Assembly (NCBI GenBank): GCA_030688605.1
Contig: JAUYJB010000051.1
Coordinates: 304 to 64,303 of the forward strand
Direction: 5' to 3'
DNA: 64,000 bases
Origin: Hyphomicrobiales bacterium
GTDB lineage: Bacteria; Pseudomonadota; Alphaproteobacteria; Rhizobiales; NORP267
In this document: piece after piece, positions 43,686-54,100 of the stretch
How the letters are laid out: every line of letters begins with the position of its first letter
Position numbering within the stretch: position 1 is the stretch's first letter
Program-made: the position numbers and the translations under genes
Notes under the pieces: model-generated
Databases searched by the model: none
What the model was told of the DNA's origin: nothing
The model's input: the letters and a program-made list of their open reading frames with translations, nothing else

Positions 43686-44216
43686 ATGTCGGCACCGGCG
43701 AGCGAATCGTTGTCGATCAAGCCCGTCAGAGGCTATTTCGCGATCGGTGCGGAAGGCATTTCCAAGCCGATGAATCTGGGCAACCCGATGCGCTCGGCGC
43801 GCGCCTTCGGCGCCAGCTTCATCTTTACCGTCGGCGCTCATTCCACGGCACGCCGGGCCCGGCCCGACACCTCCAAGGCGCCGCACCATTTGCCCCATTA
43901 TGCCTGGGACACCGTCGCCGAGATGCAGCTTCCCAAGGACTGCCGCCTTGTCGGAGTCGAGTTGACCGAAGACGCGATCGACCTGCCGAGCTTCCGCCAC
44001 CCGTCGCGCACGGCCCACTTGCTCGGCCGGGAGAGGGGCTCATTGTCGCCGCAGATGCTGGAGGGCTGCGAATTCGTGGTAGGGATTCGGACCGCCTTCT
44101 GCATCAATCTCGCGACCGCCGGCGCCATCATCATGTATGACCGGCTGTGCACACTCGGCTCCTTCGCCGAACGGCCGGTGCGCGCCGGCGGCCCGATGCC
44201 CCCGAGACGGCCATAA
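43686..44216 (+). CDS. SpoU/TrmH family RNA 2'-O-methyltransferase
   Basis: YFAIGAEGISKPMNLGNPMRSARAFG, LLGRERGSLS and FCINLATAGAIIMYDR correspond to SPOUT motifs 1-3. Confidence 0.8.
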   Translation: MSAPASESLSIKPVRGYFAIGAEGISKPMNLGNPMRSARAFGASFIFTVGAHSTARRARPDTSKAPHHLPHYAWDTVAEMQLPKDCRLVGVELTEDAIDLPSFRHPSRTAHLLGRERGSLSPQMLEGCEFVVGIRTAFCINLATAGAIIMYDRLCTLGSFAERPVRAGGPMPPRRP

Positions 44217-44323
44217 CGGTGCCGACAACCGCGCCAAATTCTCGCCGCATTGGCCGGCAGGCTGGAAATTGAGAGAGACAATATGATGATATGGAATTGA
44301 AGCCTTCCGACGCGGCGAATTGA

Positions 44324-44339
44324 TTAACGGTGTATTAAC
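44324..44339. promoter_or_regulatory. CtrA-box-like motif TTAA-N7-TTAAC
   Basis: TTAAcggtgtaTTAAC matches the alphaproteobacterial CtrA consensus exactly. It lies in an AT-rich intergenic region 19 nt upstream of the ATG at 44358. Confidence 0.35.
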
Positions 44340-44357
44340 AAATCCGGCGCATATGGA

Positions 44358-44897
44358 ATGATTATGATTTCGAAGCCTCTTGATCGCGTTCAACAGCTAC
44401 GAATTCTGCTGGCCGCTGCGGTTGCCCTGGCACTCGGCACCACCGGCGCGGCGGCGCAGACGCCAACGCTTCTCGGCCAGGACAAGGACTGGGGCGCCTA
44501 TACCGCCGAGGTGGACGGCGGCACCACCTGCTACGTCCTGTCCCGCCCCAAGGACCAGAGCCCGAAGAATGTGCGCCGCGACCCGGTCTATTTCTTCGTC
44601 ACCGCCCGGCCCAAGGACAATATCCGCAACCAGATCAGCGTCATCACCGGCTATCCCTACAAGAATGACAGCCGCGCCACCATCGAGATCGGTTCGGCCA
44701 AGTTCACCCTGTTCACGCGCGACGACAAGGCGTGGATCGAGGATGTCAGCGAGCAGGACAAGCTGGTCGAGGCGATGAAGGGGGGGGCGACCATGATCGT
44801 GCGCGGCACCTCGCAGCGCGGCACAAACACGACGGATCAGTACTCGCTGGCGGGCGTCTCCGCCGCGCTCGAACGAATGGCCAAGGCCTGCCCGTAA
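44358..44897 (+). CDS. periplasmic protein, invasion-associated locus B (IalB)-like
   Basis: Signal peptide (LLAAAVALALGTTGAAAQ), then DWGAYTAEVDGGTTCYVLS...KFTLFTRDDKAWIED...MKGGATMIVRGTS.RGT.T.D.YSLAGVSAALERM. I recall this pattern and the position upstream of rlmN from IalB-like proteins. The family assignment is from memory. Confidence 0.55.
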   Translation: MIMISKPLDRVQQLRILLAAAVALALGTTGAAAQTPTLLGQDKDWGAYTAEVDGGTTCYVLSRPKDQSPKNVRRDPVYFFVTARPKDNIRNQISVITGYPYKNDSRATIEIGSAKFTLFTRDDKAWIEDVSEQDKLVEAMKGGATMIVRGTSQRGTNTTDQYSLAGVSAALERMAKACP

Positions 44898-44993
44898 ATC
44901 ATTCAATTGCAGATTCTCCGGCCCGCGGCGGGGCTCGCGCGCAGTGCACCGCGCGTGCTATGAGGCGGAGAACCTGAACGACACGAGACCCTA

Positions 44994-46190
44994 ATGGCGT
45001 TGACGCTCGACATTCCCGAGGCCCGGGATGAGGCGGCGGTATGCTCTATTCCCGCCAAGCCGTCCCTTGCGGGGCTGACGCGCGCCGAGATCCGCGTGGC
45101 GCTCGCCGCCCTCGGCGTGCCGGAGAGGCAGCTCAACATGCGCCTCGGACAGCTCTGGAAATGGGTCTATGGCCGCGGCGCGCAGTCGTTCGACGAGATG
45201 ACCGACATGGGCAAGGTGTTGCGCCAGGCCCTGGCCGGGCGTTGGTCGCTTGACCGGCCCGAGATCGTCATGACGCAAAAATCCGCCGATGGCACCCGCA
45301 AATGGCTGTTGCGCGTTGCCCCCGCCACTCCGGCCGGGCCGCCCGGCGAAGTCGAATGCGTCTATATCCCCGAGGCCGACCGCGGCACTCTGTGCATCTC
45401 CAGCCAGATCGGGTGCACGCTCAACTGCACCTTCTGCCACACCGGCACGCAGCGCCTGGTGCGCAACCTGACCGCGGCCGAGATTGTCGGCCAAATCCTG
45501 GTGGCCCGCGATGCGCTCGGCGAATGGCCGGGCGCCACGCGGCCTGCCGACGATTCCCTGCCGGACGCGGAGCGGGCGATCACCAACATCGTTCTGATGG
45601 GAATGGGCGAACCGCTCTATAATTTCGATAATGTGCGCGACGCGGTCGCTATCGCCGCCGATCATGAGGGCTTAAGCCTGTCGAAGCGGCGCATTACGCT
45701 TTCGACCTCCGGCGTCGTGCCGGAGATCGTCCGCTGGGGCGCGGAGGCCGGCACCATGCTGGCGATCTCGCTGCACGCGACCCGCGATGCGCTGCGCGAC
45801 GAACTGGTGCCGATCAACCGAAAATATCCGATATCGGCACTGCTCGACGCCTGCCGCGCCTATCCCGGCCTTTCCAACGCCAAGCGCGTCACCTTCGAAT
45901 ATGTGATGCTCAAGGGCGTCAATGACGGTATCGAGGATGCCAAGGCATTGGTGCGGCTGCTCGCGGGCATCCCGGCCAAGATCAACCTGATCCCGTTCAA
46001 CCCGTGGCCGGGCGCCCCTTACGAATGCTCGGACTGGGATGTGATCGAGCGCTTCGCCGAGGTCGTCAACCGGGCCGGCTATGCGAGTCCGGTGCGCACG
46101 CCCCGCGGCCGTGACATCATGGCCGCCTGCGGCCAGCTCAAATCGGCTTCGCAAAGGCTTAGCGCCCGGGCACGCCAAGCCGCGTCATGA
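44994..46190 (+). CDS. rlmN: 23S rRNA (adenine2503-C2)/tRNA methyltransferase RlmN (radical SAM)
   Basis: [20 protein letters not shown] radical-SAM cluster motif, [15 protein letters not shown] and ACGQL near the C-terminus. Confidence 0.95.
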   Translation: MALTLDIPEARDEAAVCSIPAKPSLAGLTRAEIRVALAALGVPERQLNMRLGQLWKWVYGRGAQSFDEMTDMGKVLRQALAGRWSLDRPEIVMTQKSADGTRKWLLRVAPATPAGPPGEVECVYIPEADRGTLCISSQIGCTLNCTFCHTGTQRLVRNLTAAEIVGQILVARDALGEWPGATRPADDSLPDAERAITNIVLMGMGEPLYNFDNVRDAVAIAADHEGLSLSKRRITLSTSGVVPEIVRWGAEAGTMLAISLHATRDALRDELVPINRKYPISALLDACRAYPGLSNAKRVTFEYVMLKGVNDGIEDAKALVRLLAGIPAKINLIPFNPWPGAPYECSDWDVIERFAEVVNRAGYASPVRTPRGRDIMAACGQLKSASQRLSARARQAAS

Positions 46191-46711
46191 TTTTCTTCCG
46201 CCTCCTCGGCCGTCTGATCCTGATTGCATGCGGTTTTTTCCTGGCGAGCCTCGCCGCGGCGCTGACCGCCACCGCCGGCCTTGAACGCGCCTATGGCATT
46301 GCCATCGCCACCGGCGAACCGTTCGGCGATTTTGTCGTCACCTGGGTGCTGTCGGTACTGGTCTCGGCGATGGCGATCAGCCAGTTCTCGCTGACATTGG
46401 CAGCGATCGCGATCATCGTCGCGGAGAGTTTCGCCCTTCGCTCCTGGCTCTATTACGCGGCGGCCGGCGCGCTCATCGGCGTGCTCGCCCTGGTCGCGCT
46501 CGAAAGCGAGCGCGGGCCTGCGGGGAGTTCACAAATGGCCGATCTCGAAGCGCTCATATTCATCGCAGCCGGCCTTGTCGGCGGTCTCACCTATTGGCTC
46601 ATCGTAGGCCGCAGCGCCGGCGCGGTGACGCTGCCCTTGTTTCGCGCAACGGCGGGGACGGATGACAAGGACGGACCTGCCGCTCCCGCCGGCCGGAACG
46701 GCACTAATTGA
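46187..46711 (+). CDS. hypothetical membrane protein
   Basis: 174-aa ORF with 4-5 hydrophobic segments. Its start overlaps the rlmN stop (ATGA). I recognise no family. Confidence 0.5.
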   Translation: MIFFRLLGRLILIACGFFLASLAAALTATAGLERAYGIAIATGEPFGDFVVTWVLSVLVSAMAISQFSLTLAAIAIIVAESFALRSWLYYAAAGALIGVLALVALESERGPAGSSQMADLEALIFIAAGLVGGLTYWLIVGRSAGAVTLPLFRATAGTDDKDGPAAPAGRNGTN

Positions 46712-47015
46712 CGACAACGCCGGAGAGCCTGCGCCGGCGGCCGATATAGTAGAGGACGGCGCCGAGAACCGCGAACACGATCCAGCTTGGCAGGAACAGA
46801 ACCGAGACGAAGACCGGATCCCAGAGGAACCGGAAGGTGTAGCGCTCAATCACCGCCTGGGTGAGGTTGAGGCTTGCCGGATGGACATTGAACCAGGCTT
46901 GGCCGAGCGGCGTCATCACGAGACTTCCCGAAGCGATGCTCGCCACGCCGTCGACCACCAGGGAAACGAAGCCGCCAGCCAAGAACAGAAAACCGAGTAT
47001 GCGCAGGACGATCAT
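46704..47015 (-). CDS. hypothetical small membrane protein (103 aa)
   Basis: Three hydrophobic segments (ILGFLFLAGGFVSLVV; VFVSVLFLPSWIVFAVLGAVLYY). It converges on the preceding gene. I recognise no family. Confidence 0.5.
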   Translation of the reverse strand: MIVLRILGFLFLAGGFVSLVVDGVASIASGSLVMTPLGQAWFNVHPASLNLTQAVIERYTFRFLWDPVFVSVLFLPSWIVFAVLGAVLYYIGRRRRLSGVVVN

Positions 47016-47229
47016 TGGAGCGGCCTCTTCTTGAATGTCGATGGCGGCCCGCTCCTGCCGCTGACCGGATGCAGGCGCGGACGCCGCCGCTTCCCCTTAT
47101 AGGCCCTGCAAGACCTTCCTGCCAAGGTCGGGCAATGGGCGTTGGGGACGGCCGTTGGATCTGGGTCTGTCCGGCTTGCACCGTGGGAAGCCTCGGCTAT
47201 ATTGCCCCGCGCTGAGGCGTTCTCTATGC

Positions 47230-47319
47230 GGAGGGGTGGCCGAGTGGTTGAAGGCGCACGCCTGGAACGCGTGTATACGGGACACCGTATCGAGGGTTCG
47301 AATCCCTCTCCCTCCGCCA
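47230..47319 (+). tRNA. tRNA-Ser (anticodon GGA)
   Basis: GGAGGGG acceptor pairs with TCCCTCC, followed by G-CCA. Anticodon stem CACGC/GCGTG with loop CTGGAAC (anticodon GGA). Long variable arm (TACGG..CCGTA) and T-arm GAGGG-TTCGAAT-CCCTC. Confidence 0.9.
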
Positions 47320-47529
47320 AATATCGCCAATAACAGCCAAAAATTCAATGATCGGCGGATCACCGGAATTCACCGGCCCGCCGGCATATCCTCAGGGAAA
47401 CCGCCAGCTTGCGGGCTTTAAGGCACCGGCACCCCCGAACCGTGCCTTGTGGGTCGAACTGTGGGTTCTAGACTGGACTAGGCCCGCCATCGAAGCTAGT
47501 GTCGCCCTCCCTCACCAGAGGATCGACCC

Positions 47530-48810
47530 ATGCCCAATGCCCCGCTCACGGCGGCGCAAGTCGCCGACCTAGCCGACCCCAACACCGAGGCCGCCGTGGG
47601 TGTGTTCCGCGTCGACCACGGCCTCTATGTCCAAGTGAAGGGGAACGGAGCCCGCTCCTGGCTCCTGAGGTACCAGATCAACGGGCGCGCGCGGCAAATG
47701 GGTTTGGGGGCGCTGCGCTTGATCTCCTTGACCGAGGCCAAGCGCCGGGCCCTGAAGGCCCAGCGGCTTGTGCTTGACGGCATCGATCCCATCGAGGCGA
47801 GGCGGGCCGAGAAGGCCGCTGCGGCCGAAGCGAAGAGGCAGCCCGTGCCGGCCATCGCGGCATCGCCTGCACGGTTGCCAACCGCCTCTTCAACAGCGGT
47901 GAGCACGCCGACGTTCGCCGAGTGCGCCGGCGAATACATCGCCGAACAGGAGCCAAGCTGGCGCAACGAAAAACACGTTGCGCAGTGGCGGCAGACGCTC
48001 CGCGATTATGTCCACCCGAAGATCGGCAAGGTGCCCGTCAGCGACATCACCTTGGATCACATCGTTGACGTGCTGAAGCCGATCTGGCGCCAGAAGAACG
48101 AAACAGCTCGACGGCTGCGCGGGCGCATAGAACGGATTCTCAACTGGGCCGAGGCGCACGGGCACCGCACCGGCGCGAACCCGGCTGCGTGGCGCGGGCC
48201 ACTCCCTGTCCTACTCGGTGGAGCAGCTCGCACGCGCAGCGTCCAGCATCACAAGGCAGTGCCCTGGCAGCAGATGCCTGCGTTTTGGAAGAAGCTGAAT
48301 CGGCTCGACAGCACGAGCGCCAAGGCGCTCCGGTTCCTAGTCTTGACGGCGGCCAGGACCGGCGAGGTCACCGGTGCTCGGTGGAGCGAGATCGACCTTG
48401 AAGCGAAGATCTGGACGTGCCCCGTGAGCCGGATGAAAGCGGGACGTGAACATCGGGTGCCCTTGAGCGACGCAGCGGTTGGGGTTCTGCGCTTTCTAGA
48501 TCGCGAAAATGATCTGGTGTTCCCCGGCGCACGGGCGGGGGCGTCCCTCTCGAACATGGCCATGCCCATGGTGTTGCGCGGGCTGCGGGACGACGGCGCA
48601 ACGGTACATGGGATGCGCTCCAGCTTTTCAGATTGGGCATCGGAGGCGACTAGCTTCCCTGCCGAGGTCCGCGAGATGGCGCTGGCGCACACGATCAGAA
48701 ATCGCGCGGAGGCCGCGTATCGGAGGGGTGACTTGCTGGAGAAGCGGCGGGAGTTGATGCGCGACTGGGCGCGGTACTTGGCGAACGCGTCGGCCGAGGA
48801 GCCCGATTGA
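47530..48810 (+). CDS. int: tyrosine-type site-specific integrase (P4-like, DUF4102 N-terminus)
   Basis: GNGARSWLLRYQINGRARQMGLG (DUF4102), catalytic HGMRSSFSDWA and AEAAYRRGDLLEKRRELM. It lies 210 nt downstream of tRNA-Ser, the classic island integration arrangement. Confidence 0.9.
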   Translation: MPNAPLTAAQVADLADPNTEAAVGVFRVDHGLYVQVKGNGARSWLLRYQINGRARQMGLGALRLISLTEAKRRALKAQRLVLDGIDPIEARRAEKAAAAEAKRQPVPAIAASPARLPTASSTAVSTPTFAECAGEYIAEQEPSWRNEKHVAQWRQTLRDYVHPKIGKVPVSDITLDHIVDVLKPIWRQKNETARRLRGRIERILNWAEAHGHRTGANPAAWRGPLPVLLGGAARTRSVQHHKAVPWQQMPAFWKKLNRLDSTSAKALRFLVLTAARTGEVTGARWSEIDLEAKIWTCPVSRMKAGREHRVPLSDAAVGVLRFLDRENDLVFPGARAGASLSNMAMPMVLRGLRDDGATVHGMRSSFSDWASEATSFPAEVREMALAHTIRNRAEAAYRRGDLLEKRRELMRDWARYLANASAEEPD

Positions 48811-49170
48811 GAGGGCACAGGGCGGCGCTGTGGCCGAATTACCTTATCAGCGGGCATCCGTGGCGGGTCTCCCATTGGTAATTAAACGGGCTAGGGAAAT
48901 AGTTGGTTGACGACTGTGTGATATTCATCCGTCAATAGCCGCACGGATGCTTGGGGACCGCGAGAGTTTTATTGAGTTCCGGCCCGATCCCCAAGCAAGC
49001 CGGAATACAGCGGTGGCGGTCGGAGTTTCTCCAACTGCTCTGGCCGCCACCGCACAAGTTGGAGATGTGTTCATGACATCCGTTGAGAGACCACAACGCC
49101 CACCGCATGAGCTTAACTCATGGCCGGCGACTGCCGAGATGCGCGACCCGTTTAGCGATGCGGTGAAATC

Positions 49171-49449
49171 ATGACTTCAGTCGAGAAACCCCCAAGCGAC
49201 TATAAGCAAATAGCCGATGTTTTGCGAGAGATCGGCGACAAGAATCGCTCGGCATTATTCGATCCGGAGAACCTGAAAGGTTTAGCTATCCTGAAGCTCA
49301 GAGCCCGCGCAGCATTCGAGGATTTGATGGATCACTGGCGAGGCCTTGGGTATGATGTTCGAGGGCTGCGTGGAGAGGTCAGCAAAACTGCGAAGGCCCT
49401 CGAACTAGACGACGGTCAGGACGATGACCCGGGTGCCGTCCGGGAAGTG
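49171..49449 (+). pseudogene. hypothetical island gene truncated by the IS256-family insertion
   Basis: The ORF (MTSVEKPPSDYKQIADVLREIGDK...DDDPGAVREV) reads straight into the IS left end at 49450. The remaining residues of the track ORF are IS-derived. Confidence 0.4.
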
Positions 49450-50845
49450 GTTGGAATTGAAAGTTGGCGTAGTCTCCGGGGTGTTCAACCTCGAATCATC
49501 CGGCCTTGTGGTGCCGGAAAGGAGACTACGCCATGACAAGGACTACCATGAATGCCGCTGCCGTTCATCCCGAGGCTGAGGCTACGGACTATCTTTTCGA
49601 CAACTGGTTTGATCCGATCGAAGCTGGCCTGCGCGAGCGGGTGCGCGGCTTCATCGAGACGATGCTCGAGAGCGAGCTGGATGCGGTGCTTGCCCGTCCC
49701 CGGTATGGCCGGCAGCCGGCGGCGCGCAGTGATGAGACCACCGGTGTCGCTGGCCACCGCCACGGCCGTCGAACGCGCCGGCTTACGGGAACCTTCGGCA
49801 CGACCGAGATCACGGTGCCGCGGGCACGCCTCGATGCCGGCGACAGCCAGACGGTGGAGTGGAAGAGCAAGGCCCTGCGCGCCTACCAGCGGCGCACGAT
49901 GGCCGCCGACGCGCTGATTGCCTCGGTCTATCTTGCCGGCACCAACACGCGCCGTGTGCGGCGGGCGCTTGCCGCGCTGTTCGGCGGCGCGATCGGCAAG
50001 GATGTCGTCAGCCGCACCTGGCGCAAGGTCAAGACCGACTGGGATGCCTGGAATGCCCGCCAGCTTACCGACGAGCCGATCGTGCGCCTGATCCTCGATG
50101 GCACGGTGGTTCGTGTCAGGCTCGACCGCAAGGCGACCTCGATCTCGCTGCTGGTGGTCATTGGCGTGCGCGCCGACGGCCAGAAGATCCTGCTCGCGGT
50201 CAAGAACATGGGTGGCGAGACGACTGAGGCCTGGCGGGCCATCCTCGACGATCTCGTCGGGCGCGGCCTGCGCCAGCCGGAGTTCCTCATCGTCGACGGC
50301 GCGCCGGGCCTGGACAAGGCGATTGTCGCCCTGTGGGACGGGGTACCGGTTCAAAGATGCACGGTTCACAAGCACAGGAACCTGCTCGCTCATGCTCCCG
50401 AGCGCCTGCACGAGGAGATCAGCGCCGATTACACCGACATGATCTACGCGGCCACGCCCGAGGAGATCGAGACCCGCCGCAAGGCCTTCCTGCGCAAATG
50501 GCGGCTCAAATGCCGCGCGGTGGCCGACAGCCTGGAGGAGGCCGGCGAGCGCCTCTTCGCCTTCACGCGGCTGCCGCCGAGCCAGTGGAAGAGCGCCAGG
50601 ACAACCAACGCGATCGAGCGTCTGCACGAGGAGTTCAAGCGGCGCATCAAGACCCAGACCGTTCTGCCTTCGGCGGAAACTGCGGCAATGCTGTTTTGGG
50701 CGCTGATGGCATCCGGCCAGATCTCGATGCGCAAGATCGACGGCTGGCAGACGCTTCCCGTCAAACCACTCGATCAGCAGATTGACCTCGCCGCATGAAC
50801 CGATAATCTCAACCTACCGGAGGCTGCTCCGCCGAATTCCAACAC
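49450..50845 (+). mobile_element. IS256-family insertion sequence (about 1.4 kb)
   Basis: Termini GTTGGAATT (49450-49458) and AATTCCAAC (50837-50845) are perfect inverted 9-mers. Further imperfect matches follow (..CTCCGG). They bracket a single mutator-type transposase gene. I saw no target-site duplication. Confidence 0.7.
49533..50798 (+). CDS. IS256 family (Mutator-type) transposase
   Basis: DYLFDNWFDPIEAGLRERVRGFIETMLESELDAVL...ISLLVVIGVRADGQKILLAV...FLIVDGAPGL...VQRCTVHKHRNLL...TTNAIERLHEEFKRRIKTQ is canonical for the IS256 family. Confidence 0.9.
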   Translation: MTRTTMNAAAVHPEAEATDYLFDNWFDPIEAGLRERVRGFIETMLESELDAVLARPRYGRQPAARSDETTGVAGHRHGRRTRRLTGTFGTTEITVPRARLDAGDSQTVEWKSKALRAYQRRTMAADALIASVYLAGTNTRRVRRALAALFGGAIGKDVVSRTWRKVKTDWDAWNARQLTDEPIVRLILDGTVVRVRLDRKATSISLLVVIGVRADGQKILLAVKNMGGETTEAWRAILDDLVGRGLRQPEFLIVDGAPGLDKAIVALWDGVPVQRCTVHKHRNLLAHAPERLHEEISADYTDMIYAATPEEIETRRKAFLRKWRLKCRAVADSLEEAGERLFAFTRLPPSQWKSARTTNAIERLHEEFKRRIKTQTVLPSAETAAMLFWALMASGQISMRKIDGWQTLPVKPLDQQIDLAA

Positions 50846-51165
50846 GATCTGCTACGGCACCCGCGGGAGGCGGGTTGCATTGATCGTATGAGAACGTATG
50901 AGTGTGGATCAGCACGAATGCGTGACCCCGGGCCAATCGCATCTAAGTCATTGAACATCTGAGGAAAGCGACGACAGCAGAGGGGTCCCGATCGGCGCCG
51001 ACGGGAACCCCGTGTCTCTTACCAATGTTGCCGTAATTTCAATGGCTTTACCTGAAAGCTGGGCGGGGTCCCGCTTCGGCGCTGTTTCACAAGTCTGACA
51101 GTGCCCGCCGCCGACGTTGACGATCAGTGAATGGGCCGATGCCAAACGTCGCGTAAGTTCCGAGG

Positions 51166-54100
51166 TCAGCGCCGCAGGCGTGCGGTGACGCGGCGTTCCA
51201 TTCCGCCTGTCGGGATGGCAATACAATCGCCGCCTACAGGGCGCCCATCTACCGCAAGCTCGACGCGGCCGGTGCCGATCCGTTCGGGATCCTCGATGGT
51301 GATAATCAGAATCCCGTCGGGGCCGTTGACCCTGACCTCCGCACCGCCCCAGTTCCTCGGGATTCGAGGGGCAATCCTGACTGAACCGCGCTGGAGGCTC
51401 AGGCCGAGAATGCCCTCGACGGCAAGTTGCCAGGTCCAGCCGGCCGCACCCGTGTACCAAGTCCAGCCGGCCTGACCGATCCCGGGTTCGGCGCCGCGCA
51501 CATCGGCGGCCAGGACATAGGGTTCGGCTCGGTAGAGTTCGGCGTCGGCGAGGCCGACGGTGTGACGGATCGGGTTGATCAGATCGAAGATCTCGTAGGC
51601 ACGGTCGCCATCGCCCAGCCGCGCATGGGCCAGGCCCAGCCAGGCCGCCGCATGGGTGTACTGGCCGCCATTTTCCCGCACACCTGGCGGATAGGCGCGA
51701 ATATAGCCCGGATCGCGCGGTGTCCGGTCGAACGGCGGCGTCAACAGACGCACCAGCCGCGCGTCATGATCGACGAGACGCTCGGTCGCAGCGGCGACGG
51801 CCGTGGCGGTTCGCTCGGGCGAAGGTCCGCCGGCCAATGCCGCCCAGGACTGGGATATGCTGTCGATCTGGCATTCGTCGGAATCTTTCGAGCCCCACGG
51901 CAGACCGTCATCCGCGAAGGCCCGCGCGTACCATGCGCCATCCCAGCCGGCTGCGTCGGCGGCCCGACGCAGATCATCGGCGCGCGCATTCCAGATGCCA
52001 TTGATATCGTTGCGCCCGAAGTCCTTGGCGAGGTCAGCGAAGGCGTCGGCGCAGACCGCGGCGAACCAGGCGAGCCACACGCTTTCGCCATGTCCCTCGT
52101 TGCCGACCCGGTCCATGCCGTCGTTCCAGTCGCCTGTGCCGATAAGTGGCAGCCCATGAGCGCCCATGGTGACGCCACGATCCAGCGCCCGCCGGCAATG
52201 CTCGAACAGGGTCGCGTGCTCCGCGCCAGCCTCGAACAAGGCGTAGCGGTCTTCCTCGTCGATCCCCAGCGGCGGGGCGGACAGAAATGGAACTTCCTCG
52301 GCAAGGATGGAGACGTCGCCGGTGGCGCCGACATATCGGCCGGTTGCATAGACGAGCCACAGCAAATCGTCCGAGCAGCGCGTTCGCACGCCTCTTCCCA
52401 AAGGCGGATGCCACCAGTGCAGCACGTCGCCCTCCTCGAACTGCCGCGACGCGCAGTCCAGAATATGCGCGCGCACACGCTGCGGCTCGGTGAAAAGAAG
52501 CGCCACCATGTCCTGAAGCTGGTCACGGAAACCGAAGGCACCGCCAGCCTGCTGAAACCCCGCCCGTGCGAATATGCGCGACGCAAAGATCTGGTTGATG
52601 AGCCAGCGGTTGACCATGAGGTCGAAAGCCGGATCCGGGGTGGTGACCCTGACGGCGTCGAGCCGCCGCTTCCAGGCGGCATCGCTTTCGGCGAGCGCCT
52701 TTCTTGCCTTCTCGACGTCACTCCAATGCAGGGCGAGGTGTGCCGCCTCGGCGAGGTCGCTCCCCTCGCCGAGCACGAAGACGACCTCCTCCGTCTCGCC
52801 GGAGGCCAGATCGATGTGGACCTGAAACGCCGCGCAGATATCGGCGATGCCGTCGAGCGCTCCATCGAGGTTCCAGGCCGTGAGGCCGGCCGGTCGGGCT
52901 GGATCACCCCGGAGGCCGAGAAACGCCGCGCGGTCACAGGTCAGGCTGTGCGGCGGTCGGCTCGCAGCAAGAAACGCCGTGCGGTCGCCGAATTCGGGAT
53001 TCCAGCCATTACGCGCGATCAGCGCCCGGCTTTCGACATCATAGCCGCAAACCAGATGCGGTCGCGCCATGCTGGACATCGAGCCAAGCAGCCATTCGGC
53101 ATAATAGGTCGCTGTAAACCGGCGGCCGCGGTCGCCTGGGTTGGACAGGGTGAGGAGCGCCAGCTTCACGGGGGCATCGGGTGGAACGAAGACTGTGAGA
53201 CGCTGCTCCAGTCCCTCCTCGTTGCGCTGCCAGGTTGTGGCGCCGGCACGGTGGCGGACCTGGCAGGGCGCATTGCCGCCCGCAGGCAGCGGGGTCAGCG
53301 TCCAGATGCCGGCGGTTTCCTCGTCGCGCAGGTAGAGCGCCTCTGTCTGCGGATCGACCACCGGGTCGTTCGACCATGGCGTGAGGCGATGCTCGCCGCT
53401 GTTGATGCACCAGCTGAAGCCCAGTCCCGCTTCCGAGACGATCGATCCAAAGCTCTCATTCGCCAGCACGTTGCACCAGGGCGCCGGTGTCACGCGTCCG
53501 CCTTCGAGATGGATCGCATAGTCTCCTTCTTCCGGGGTGAACCCGCCAAGGGAGTTGTCGAAGACGAGGTTTTCGGGGCGCAGGAGTGGCGGCGCGGTGC
53601 GCGAGGGCGTCGGTGGTCCGACCGGCTGGAAACGGGGCGGTGGGATGCGTCCCGGCTGCGGCGCGGTCATCGCCTCGGCGAGCGATCCCGCCGCTCCGTC
53701 GAGCGATACGCGCGCCGTAGCCTCAAGCGCCCGCCGCTCCGCCGCGCCGAACTGGTCCGCCGCCAGGAGATGAACGCCTCCCGGTCCGCCCAGACCCTCG
53801 GGCACGAAAGCTTCGCGAAGAGCGGCGGACAGCAAGTCGCGGATCGGCTCCTGATAGCCGGAAGCGCCCTCGCGCAGGATTACCAGGTCCGCGCGAAGGC
53901 CCCGCCTGAGCCACCACTGATGTGCCCGGACGATAATCGGGAGAAGCTGCGCATGTGCATCGTCGACAACCCGCACGAGGACGATCGGCAGATCCCCGGA
54001 CAGCCCCATGCCCCAGAGCTGCGGCTGGGCCGGAAGAGCCGTCTCCGACGCCGCCGCCAATACGAGCGGCGGCGTTCGGGGATAGACGAGATCGCGGCAC

